From Dehalococcoidia bacterium (GTDB lineage: Bacteria > Chloroflexota > Dehalococcoidia > Lucifugimonadales > Australimonadaceae): DNA of 64,000 nt. The notes beneath the pieces are model-generated. The model did no database searches. It saw nothing but the letters and a program-made list of their open reading frames with translations, and had not been told where the DNA came from. Both the position numbers and the translations under genes were made by a program. Numbering within the stretch: position 1 is the stretch's first letter; each line of letters opens with the position of its first letter. The stretch spans positions 20,638 through 84,637 of the forward strand of contig DAOUJA010000017.1 of the NCBI GenBank assembly GCA_034423175.1, written 5' to 3'. Shown in pieces: positions 35,257-43,051 of the stretch.

Positions 35257-36492
35257 ATGGACTTCGAACTCGAATGGACGCCTGAGCAGGACGCCTTCCG
35301 CGCGGAGGCGCGCGCCTGGATCGAGGCGAACGTCCCCCACATCCCCGACCACCCGGACCCGGCGGACCTCACCCGCGAGGAGTACGAGTTGCAGCGCGAG
35401 TTCGGGCGCAGGCTGGGCGCGAAGGGCTGGCTCTACCCCACCATGCCCGCCGAGTACGGCGGGGGCGGGCTCTCCATGGAGCTCGCCATGGCGCTGGAAG
35501 AGGAGCTCGACCGCTACAACATGCCGCTTCCGCCCTACTACGACACCGGCGGCAAGCTCGGGGCCGTCGCCATCAACGTCTGGGGCACGGAGGAACAGAA
35601 GGCCCACTTCCTCCCGATGATCCTGCGTGGCGAGATACGCACCTGGCAGTTGCTCACCGAGCCCGAGTCCGGCTCCGACCTCGCCAGCGTCCGCACGACC
35701 GCTATCCGCGACGGCGACGAGTACGTCGTCAACGGCACGAAGATATTCGTGGGCAGCAGCCACGGCGCCGAGTATTCGTGGATGATCGTGGTGACCGACC
35801 CGGACGCGCCGCGCCACGAGAACCTCGGCTGGCTGATGATGCCGATGGACCTGCCGGGCGTCACGGTCGAGCAGATGGACCTGCTCTTCGTCGGAGGCGA
35901 GCGCGGGGCCGCGAGCGGCATCAAGAACACGGTCTACTTCGACAACGTGCGCGTTCCCGCGTTCAACCTCGTCGGCGGCGAGGGCAACGGCTGGAAGGTG
36001 GCGGGGACGCACCTGGAGATCGAGCACGGCCTGCTCCGCAGCGCCGTCCGCGACGACCCGCTCACCGAGCGCGTATTCGACTACGCTCGCAACGCGAAGC
36101 GCGGCGGCAGGCCGCTCCTGGACGACCAGGACGTGCGCGACCGGCTCGTGGACTTCTACATCGATGCAGAAGTGACGCGCCTGCTGCACTTCCGCAACTA
36201 CGCCTGGCGCGGCCAGGGGAAGCAGCTCACCTACGAGGGCGCGCAGGCGTACCTCTACCAGAAGCGCGGCCAACTCGCGAAGGCGCGCGCCGTGCTGGAC
36301 GTGATGGGCCCGCAGGCGCTCGTGGAAGCGCCGGACGAGTGGGCTGTCGCCGGCGGCCACGTCGAGGTGCACCAGCGCGGCGCCATCGTCGACCAGCATC
36401 CCGGCGGCACCGCGGAGATCCAGCGCGTCATCATCGCGCGGCGGCTCGGCATCGGGCGCGATGTCCGGGAGGAGCCCGGAAGGCTGCGGTAG
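35257..36492 (+). CDS. acyl-CoA dehydrogenase family protein
   Basis: LTEPESGSDLASVRTTA, NGTKIFVGSS and a C-terminal GGTAEIQRVIIARRLGI. Confidence 0.85.
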   Translation: MDFELEWTPEQDAFRAEARAWIEANVPHIPDHPDPADLTREEYELQREFGRRLGAKGWLYPTMPAEYGGGGLSMELAMALEEELDRYNMPLPPYYDTGGKLGAVAINVWGTEEQKAHFLPMILRGEIRTWQLLTEPESGSDLASVRTTAIRDGDEYVVNGTKIFVGSSHGAEYSWMIVVTDPDAPRHENLGWLMMPMDLPGVTVEQMDLLFVGGERGAASGIKNTVYFDNVRVPAFNLVGGEGNGWKVAGTHLEIEHGLLRSAVRDDPLTERVFDYARNAKRGGRPLLDDQDVRDRLVDFYIDAEVTRLLHFRNYAWRGQGKQLTYEGAQAYLYQKRGQLAKARAVLDVMGPQALVEAPDEWAVAGGHVEVHQRGAIVDQHPGGTAEIQRVIIARRLGIGRDVREEPGRLR

Positions 36493-36494
36493 CG

Positions 36495-37607
36495 ATGGAC
36501 CTGCTCCTGAACGAACAGCAGCGCATGCTGCAGTCCACCATCCAGGACCTGCTGCGGCGCGACCTCACGAAGGAGACGCTTGTCTCCATTGATGCCGGCA
36601 GCGTGGACGTGTCCCGGGGATGGTCCGCGCTCGCCTCCACCGGCCTGCTCGGCAGCCTCGTACCGGAGGAACACGGCGGTGTTGGCGGCTCGTTCGGTGA
36701 CGCGGGGGTGGTGTTCGAGGAGCTCGGACGCGGCCCCGTGCCCGGAGCGCACTTCTCATCCGGAGTTTTCGCAGCGCTCGCGCTACAGGAGTGTGCGAGC
36801 GCCGCGCAGCAGGCCGCGCACCTGCCCGCCATCGCATCGGGTGACCAGGTCTTCGCCGTCGCCGTCACCGAGCCGGAGTACGGCTGGGAGCGCGGCGACG
36901 TACAGACGACAGCCGAGCGCTCTGCGGACGGCTACACGCTCAGCGGCGTGAAGCTCCACGTGCCCGACGCCGCGCAGGCAACGCACCTGCTCGTGACGGC
37001 GCGCACCGGCGGAGAAAGCGTCGGGCTCTTCGTTGTCCCTGCGGATGCACAGGGCATCGCGTGTCGAACACTGCCGGGACTCTCGACCGGCCTTGGCGAG
37101 GTGCGGCTGGACGGCGTCGCGGTCGGCGAGGACGCGCTGCTCGGCGGCGCGGCGGAGGGCTGGGACGCGTTCGAGCGGGCGATGCTCAAGGCGACGGCAG
37201 TGCTCTGCGCGTACCAGGTCGGCGGCCTGGAGAGCGCCTTCCAGATGTGCCTGGAGTACAGCCGCACGCGGCGCCAGTTCCAGCAGCCCATAGGACGCTT
37301 CCAGCGCGTGCAGGACCACATCATCGACATCGTGAACCACCTGGACGCCGCCCGATGGACGACCTACGAGGCGCTCTGGAAGCTCGACACCGGACGCCCG
37401 GCCGAGAGCAGCGTGCACATGGCCGCCACTCTCGCGAGCGAGGGCTACTACCTCGCCTGCAACGCCGCCCACGACGTGCACGCGGGCGTCGGCATCGTCC
37501 GCGAGTACGGACTGACGCTGCACACCCGCATGTCCCGCACTCTCTACCACCACCTCGGCAGCCCCCGCCACCACCGACGCAGGCTCGCCGGGGCGCTCGG
37601 CCTCTAG
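36495..37607 (+). CDS. acyl-CoA dehydrogenase family protein (second, tandem)
   Basis: VTEPEYGWERGDVQTTA, YSRTRRQFQQPIGRFQRVQDHIIDI. It starts 2 nt after the preceding stop. Confidence 0.8.
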   Translation: MDLLLNEQQRMLQSTIQDLLRRDLTKETLVSIDAGSVDVSRGWSALASTGLLGSLVPEEHGGVGGSFGDAGVVFEELGRGPVPGAHFSSGVFAALALQECASAAQQAAHLPAIASGDQVFAVAVTEPEYGWERGDVQTTAERSADGYTLSGVKLHVPDAAQATHLLVTARTGGESVGLFVVPADAQGIACRTLPGLSTGLGEVRLDGVAVGEDALLGGAAEGWDAFERAMLKATAVLCAYQVGGLESAFQMCLEYSRTRRQFQQPIGRFQRVQDHIIDIVNHLDAARWTTYEALWKLDTGRPAESSVHMAATLASEGYYLACNAAHDVHAGVGIVREYGLTLHTRMSRTLYHHLGSPRHHRRRLAGALGL

Positions 37608-37623
37608 CCGGGCCCGCCTGCCC

Positions 37624-38850
37624 ATGCTCTCTCCGTACCGCGTCATAGACCTCGCAGACGACCGGGGCATCTTCTGCGGGCGTGTCCTCGCCGACCTCGG
37701 CGCGGAGGTGATCAAGGTCGAACCGACGGCAGGCGACCCCGCTCGCCGGATCGGCCCCTTCCACCGCGACGAGCCGGGCATCGAGAACAGCCTTTTCTGG
37801 CAGCTCTATGCCGCGAACAAGAAGAGCGCCGCGCTCGACATCGAGGCGGACGCCGCGCGCGATGCCCTGCGACGGCTCATCGCCTCCGCCGACTTCCTCA
37901 TCGAATCGTTCCGTCCCGGCTACCTCGAAGAGTTCGGACTCGGCTATGGCGACGTCCACGCACTCAATCCCGCGCTCGTCTACGTCTCCATCACGCCGTT
38001 CGGGCAGGACGGCCCGTATCGCGACTTCGCCGCAACCGACCTCACCGGTTCCGCGCTCAGCGGCTTCGCTTACCTCACCGGCGACCCGGATCGTCCCCCG
38101 CTGCGCGTGAGTGTGCCGCAGTTCTGGACGCTGGGCGGCGCGGCAGGCGCGGCAGGCGCCATGACGGCGCACGCGCACCGCGTCCACACCGGACGGGGCC
38201 AGCACGTCGATGTCTCCTGCCAGCAGGCGCTCACCCGCACGCTCTCCCACGCGCCGCAGTTCTGGGACATGAACGAGATCATCCTCAAGCGGTCCGGCCC
38301 CTTCCGCCCCATCGGCGACGGGCGCAACCTGCGCGTGAACTTCGAGTGCGCAGACGGCTACGTCAACTACATCCAGCCCGGCGGCGCGACCGGCGGACGC
38401 GGCATGGCCGCCCTCTGCGCGTGGATGGACGAGCACGGCGAGGGCCACCCGCTCCTGAACAGCACCGATTTCGGCGCCTACGGCTTCGGGCAGCTCCCCG
38501 ACGACGTGCTCGATGCGATGAGCGAGACGCTCGAGGCGTTCTTCCGCTCCCGCACGAAGCGCCACCTCTCCGAGGAAGCCATCAAGCGACGCGTCCTGCT
38601 CTTTCCCGTGAACGACCCCGCAGACGTCTGCTCCTACCCGCAGCTCGCTGCGCGCGGTTTCTTCCGCGAGACCGAGGCGCCGGACGGCGGCACGATGACC
38701 ACACTTGGCCCGTGGGTGAAGTCGAGCGAGCGCCCGCTGCAGCTCCGTCGCGCGCCGAGACTCGGCGAGCACACGGAAGAAGTACTCACCGGCCTCGGCC
38801 TCGGGGCGGATGAGATAGCGGACCTGCGCGCGTCGGGAGCGGCGCGATGA
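37624..38850 (+). CDS. family III CoA-transferase (CaiB/BaiF)
   Basis: YRVIDLADDRGIFCGRVLADLGAEVIKVEP. Confidence 0.85.
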   Translation: MLSPYRVIDLADDRGIFCGRVLADLGAEVIKVEPTAGDPARRIGPFHRDEPGIENSLFWQLYAANKKSAALDIEADAARDALRRLIASADFLIESFRPGYLEEFGLGYGDVHALNPALVYVSITPFGQDGPYRDFAATDLTGSALSGFAYLTGDPDRPPLRVSVPQFWTLGGAAGAAGAMTAHAHRVHTGRGQHVDVSCQQALTRTLSHAPQFWDMNEIILKRSGPFRPIGDGRNLRVNFECADGYVNYIQPGGATGGRGMAALCAWMDEHGEGHPLLNSTDFGAYGFGQLPDDVLDAMSETLEAFFRSRTKRHLSEEAIKRRVLLFPVNDPADVCSYPQLAARGFFRETEAPDGGTMTTLGPWVKSSERPLQLRRAPRLGEHTEEVLTGLGLGADEIADLRASGAAR

Positions 38851-40058
38851 CCCAGCCGTTCGAAGGGCTGCGTGTCCTCGACTTCTGCTGGGTCGTCATA
38901 GGTCCCATGACGACGCGCTATCTCAGCGATTTCGGTGCGGAGGTGCTGCGCGTCGAGTCCTCGCTGCGGCCGGACGTCATCCGCCACGGTCTGCCGTTCG
39001 CTGAGGGCAAGCCAGGGACGAACCGCAGCGGCTACTGGGCCAACTACAACAGCGGCAAGCTCGGCCTCGGCCTCAACATGGGCGATGAACGCGCCCGGAG
39101 TATCGCCTTCCGCCTGGCGACGGAGTGGGCGGACGTCGTCACCGAGAACTTCACTCCTGGCACGATGGAGAAGTGGGGGCTCGGCTACGACGCGCTGCGC
39201 GAGCACAACCCCGGCCTCGTCATGTTCAGCGCGTCGATGCTCGGACGCGGCGGCCCGTACGACTCCCAGCCCGGTTTCGGCCCCGTGCTGACCGCGCTCT
39301 CCGGCCACACGAACTTCACCGGCTGGCCGGACCGCGTGCCCGTCAGCCCCTACGGAGCGTACACCGACTTCCTCATCCCCCACATCGCGTTCTCCGCCGT
39401 TTGCGCCGCGCTGGACCACAAGCGCCGCACCGGGCGGGGGCAACATCTGGACCTTTCACAACTGGAAGCCGCCCTCTACTTCGCCGGGCCGCCGGTGCTG
39501 GACTACCTCGCCAACGGGCGCATCCAGACGCGCAACGGCAACCACGACCCCGACATGGCCCCGCACGCGGTCTACCGCTGCGACGGCAACGACCGCTGGT
39601 GCGCCATCGCCTGCCCCACCGACGCAGCGTGGCGTGCCCTCGCCGTGGTGATCGGCCGTTCCGACCTTGCCGACGACCCCGGCCTCGCCACGCTGGACGG
39701 GCGCAAGCAGCGCGAGGCAGAGCTCGACGCTGCGATGGAGGCGTGGACCATCACGCGCTCGCCGGACGAGGTCATGCAGGCCTGCCAGGCCGCGGGCATC
39801 CCCGCGGGCGCCGTGCGCGACTGCCGCGACCTCTTCGACGACCCGCAGGAAGCGCACCGCGGCCACTTCGTGTTCATGGACCACCCGGAGATGGGGCGCT
39901 ACGCCTCGGACGCCAACTGCTTCGTGCTCTCCGAAGCCGCGCCGGAGTACCGCCGATCTCCTCTGCTCGGCGAGCACACCGAGTACGTCATGCGCGACCT
40001 GCTCGGCATGCCCGAGGACGAGTACCGCGCGCTGTCAGACGACGGTGTGTTCGAGTAG
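38847..40058 (+). CDS. family III CoA-transferase (CaiB/BaiF), second copy
   Basis: LRVLDFCWVVIGPMTTRYLSDFGAEVLRVES. 4-nt overlap with the previous gene. Confidence 0.85.
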   Translation: MTQPFEGLRVLDFCWVVIGPMTTRYLSDFGAEVLRVESSLRPDVIRHGLPFAEGKPGTNRSGYWANYNSGKLGLGLNMGDERARSIAFRLATEWADVVTENFTPGTMEKWGLGYDALREHNPGLVMFSASMLGRGGPYDSQPGFGPVLTALSGHTNFTGWPDRVPVSPYGAYTDFLIPHIAFSAVCAALDHKRRTGRGQHLDLSQLEAALYFAGPPVLDYLANGRIQTRNGNHDPDMAPHAVYRCDGNDRWCAIACPTDAAWRALAVVIGRSDLADDPGLATLDGRKQREAELDAAMEAWTITRSPDEVMQACQAAGIPAGAVRDCRDLFDDPQEAHRGHFVFMDHPEMGRYASDANCFVLSEAAPEYRRSPLLGEHTEYVMRDLLGMPEDEYRALSDDGVFE

Positions 40059-40065
40059 AGCGCCC

Positions 40066-40749
40066 TCACCCCCGCCCTGCCATCCGGGCGACATGGCCCG
40101 CAGAGAGCATCCCTCCAACAAGGCCCGACGCCACGCCTGCCACAGCGGTGAGCGCAACAGTTGCCAGAGTCGCGTCGGTATCCAGCAGTCCGGCATCGGA
40201 TACTGGCTTCCTCAAGAGCAGCGGTGCCAGCGTCCAGAATGTCGCTCCGATGCCCGCCCATGCTCTCGCCATGGGCCAGGTCCAATCTTGCAAGCGCTCG
40301 TTCCGGCTCAAGCGGAGTGCGACTCCCATTGCGACGCCTGCCACGGCGCCGGCCGCGCACCCGGCCACCGGGAACATAAGGGCGAAGACACCCGACATGC
40401 AGGCGTCGGAGGAAGTGAGCTCACACCCGGAGCCGACAGCCAGAGTTACCATCGCTGCGGCCAGCCCCACGAATGCGCCAACAGCGGCACCGATGACCAG
40501 ACCCACCGCCGCCCTTGCCAACCACTGGATGGACCCGGAAAGGAGTCCCCACAGGATAAGGCACTGCACCACGAGTACGGGCGCACCGAAACTGACGCCG
40601 ACTGCTACCTGCCAGCGGGGCGAGGAGAGAAGGTTGTGCAAGCCGTTCTCACTCGCGACGGCGGCGCTCACAATCTCGGCCAAGCCTCCGCCAACCCCCA
40701 GCGCGATGGCCGTTCCAGATACCCAGAGTGGCAACAATCTTCTCTGCAT
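40066..40749 (-). CDS. integral membrane protein, unknown function
   Basis: Multiple Gly/Ala-rich hydrophobic segments. The only long ORF here that is not antisense to a recognisable gene. Confidence 0.5.
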   Translation of the reverse strand: MQRRLLPLWVSGTAIALGVGGGLAEIVSAAVASENGLHNLLSSPRWQVAVGVSFGAPVLVVQCLILWGLLSGSIQWLARAAVGLVIGAAVGAFVGLAAAMVTLAVGSGCELTSSDACMSGVFALMFPVAGCAAGAVAGVAMGVALRLSRNERLQDWTWPMARAWAGIGATFWTLAPLLLRKPVSDAGLLDTDATLATVALTAVAGVASGLVGGMLSAGHVARMAGRG

Positions 40750-40848
40750 CGCTCACAGCATATCCGGTCTCGCCGTCCCCATGTCCCACCGTGCCTCCCC
40801 GCGCCGTGATAGGCTTGCCCTGACACCCGCCGACACAGGAGGACGCGC

Positions 40849-41670
40849 ATGGCGGACAAGCCGCTGGAAGGGAAGGTCGCGCTCATCACCGGCGCGGGAA
40901 GCTCCATGGGGATGGGGCGCGAGATGGCGCTGGCGCTTGCAGAAGCCGGTGCGCGGGTCGCCCTCATGGACATCGACGCCGACCAGTTGGAGCGCAACGC
41001 GAACGACGCGCGGGAGGTCGGGGGCGACGGCTGCGCACTCCCCGTCGTCGGCAGCGTCAACAGCTGGGACGACGCACAGCGCGCCGTGAGCGAGACTATC
41101 TCCGGGCTCGGCGGGCTGCACGTCCTCGTGAACAACGCGGGAGTCCCCACTCACCGCACGGGCGGGTTCTGGGAGCTGCCGCCTGAGGAGTGGCTGCACG
41201 CGCTCAGCGTCAACTCCAGCGGACCGTTCCTCATGGCGCGCGCAGCCGTCGGCCACCTGCGAGAGCAGGGCTGGGGCCGCATCGTCGGCGTCACCACGAG
41301 CCTCGACACCATGATCCGCAACCTCCCGTACGGCCCTTCGAAGTCCGCGCACGAATCGTTCATCTCCATCATCGCCAGGCAGCTGGACGGCTCAGGGGTC
41401 ACCGCGAACGTCCTCATCCCCGGCGGGGCCACGAACACCGGCTTCATCTCGGACGACGCCGCACGCGACCGCGACGCCCTCATCCAGCCGCACGTGATGC
41501 GCGCGCCCATCGTCTGGCTCGCTTCCGATCAGGCCGACGACATCAACGGGCGGCGGATCATCGCCTCGAAGTGGGACGAGAGCCTGCCCATCGAACAGCG
41601 GCTGGAGACCGCGGCAGCGCCCGCCGCCTGGCCCCAGCTCGGACGCCCCGCCGCCGAACAGGGACCCTAG
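40849..41670 (+). CDS. short-chain dehydrogenase/reductase
   Basis: ALITGAGSSMGMG, NNAG and YGPSK (YxxxK). Confidence 0.85.
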   Translation: MADKPLEGKVALITGAGSSMGMGREMALALAEAGARVALMDIDADQLERNANDAREVGGDGCALPVVGSVNSWDDAQRAVSETISGLGGLHVLVNNAGVPTHRTGGFWELPPEEWLHALSVNSSGPFLMARAAVGHLREQGWGRIVGVTTSLDTMIRNLPYGPSKSAHESFISIIARQLDGSGVTANVLIPGGATNTGFISDDAARDRDALIQPHVMRAPIVWLASDQADDINGRRIIASKWDESLPIEQRLETAAAPAAWPQLGRPAAEQGP

Positions 41671-41680
41671 GGAGCACGCC

Positions 41681-43051
41681 ATGACCACCGACCCGCACGA
41701 CGAACTGCAGGACGCAGCGCTCAACCACCTCTGGATGCCGACCCAGGACTGGGCCGACCTCGCCGAGAACGGCGTGACGTTCATGGATGAGGGCGACGGC
41801 GTCCGCATCAGGACATCCGACGGCAAGTGGGGCTACGACGGCGTCGCCGGTCTGATGCTCGTGAACGTCGGTCACGGACGGCGGGAGATCGTGGACGCCG
41901 TCGCCGGGCAGCTGGGCAGGCTGCACTACGCCAACACGTTCAAGTACGGCTCGGAGCCCGTCGCGCGCTTCGCCGCCAAGGTCGCCTCGCACACGCCGGG
42001 CGACCTCAACCGCGTCTACTTCACCAGCGGCGGGTCGGAGGCGGTCGAGACCGCCCTGAAGGTCGCCTACCGCTATCACTACAACCGGGGCGAGCCCGGC
42101 AGGCGCAAGTTCATCGGGCGCGAGGGTTCCTACCACGGCACCACGCGCGGCGCGCTCAGCGTCTCCACTTCCGGCTACCTCGACCGCCCTTCCTACGACG
42201 AGATCCTGCCGGACAACTTCCGCGTCGCGCCTCAGCCCGCCTACTACCGCCGTGAGGACGAATCGCTCTCGCCGTCCGAGTTCAGCATCCGCTGCGCGCA
42301 GGCCGTCGAAGACATCATCCTGGAAGAGGGGCCGGAGACGGTCGCCGCCGTCATCGCCGAGCCGGTCTCCTTCTCCGCGGGGGTCGCCATCCCCGCCGCC
42401 GAGTACTGGCCGATGCTGCGCGACATCTGCGACCGCCACGGCGTGCTGCTCATCGCGGACGAGGTCATCACCGGCTGGGGGCGCACCGGCAGGTGGTTCG
42501 GCATCGAGCACTGGAACGTCGTGCCGGACATGATGACGATGGCCAAGGGCATCACCAGCGGCTACTTCCCGGTGGGCGCGTGCGTCGTCCGGGACGCGGT
42601 GTTCGCCGAGTTCCAGGGAGGGCCGGAGACGACGTACCGCCACGGCATCACCTACGGCGGACACCCGGCCGGCGGGGCCGCCGGCCTCGTGAACTGCGAC
42701 ATCATGGAGCGGGAGGACCTCATCGGCAACTCGGAGCGGATGGGCGAGCGCCTCCTCGCGCGGCTCGAAGCGATGCGCGAGCACCCCACCGTTGGCGACG
42801 TGCGCGGCCTCGGCCTCATGTGCGCAGTCGAGCTCGTATCCGACAAGCAGGCCAGGACGCTCCTCTCCGAGACTCCCGGCGCGGTCGAGTCGCTCAATGA
42901 ACGCCTGATGGACGGCGGGCTCTACACCCGCGCCACGCGCCAGGTCTTCTTCGCGCCCCCGCTCTGCGTGACCGCGGAGGAGATTGACGACATGGCGGAC
43001 ATCTTCGAGCGTTCACTGGCCGCCACCGAACAGGAGCTTGGCCTCAAGTGA
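41681..43051 (+). CDS. class III (omega) aminotransferase
   Basis: FTSGGSEAVETALK, LLIADEVITGWGRTG and MTMAKGITSGYFP (PLP Lys). Confidence 0.85.
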   Translation: MTTDPHDELQDAALNHLWMPTQDWADLAENGVTFMDEGDGVRIRTSDGKWGYDGVAGLMLVNVGHGRREIVDAVAGQLGRLHYANTFKYGSEPVARFAAKVASHTPGDLNRVYFTSGGSEAVETALKVAYRYHYNRGEPGRRKFIGREGSYHGTTRGALSVSTSGYLDRPSYDEILPDNFRVAPQPAYYRREDESLSPSEFSIRCAQAVEDIILEEGPETVAAVIAEPVSFSAGVAIPAAEYWPMLRDICDRHGVLLIADEVITGWGRTGRWFGIEHWNVVPDMMTMAKGITSGYFPVGACVVRDAVFAEFQGGPETTYRHGITYGGHPAGGAAGLVNCDIMEREDLIGNSERMGERLLARLEAMREHPTVGDVRGLGLMCAVELVSDKQARTLLSETPGAVESLNERLMDGGLYTRATRQVFFAPPLCVTAEEIDDMADIFERSLAATEQELGLK

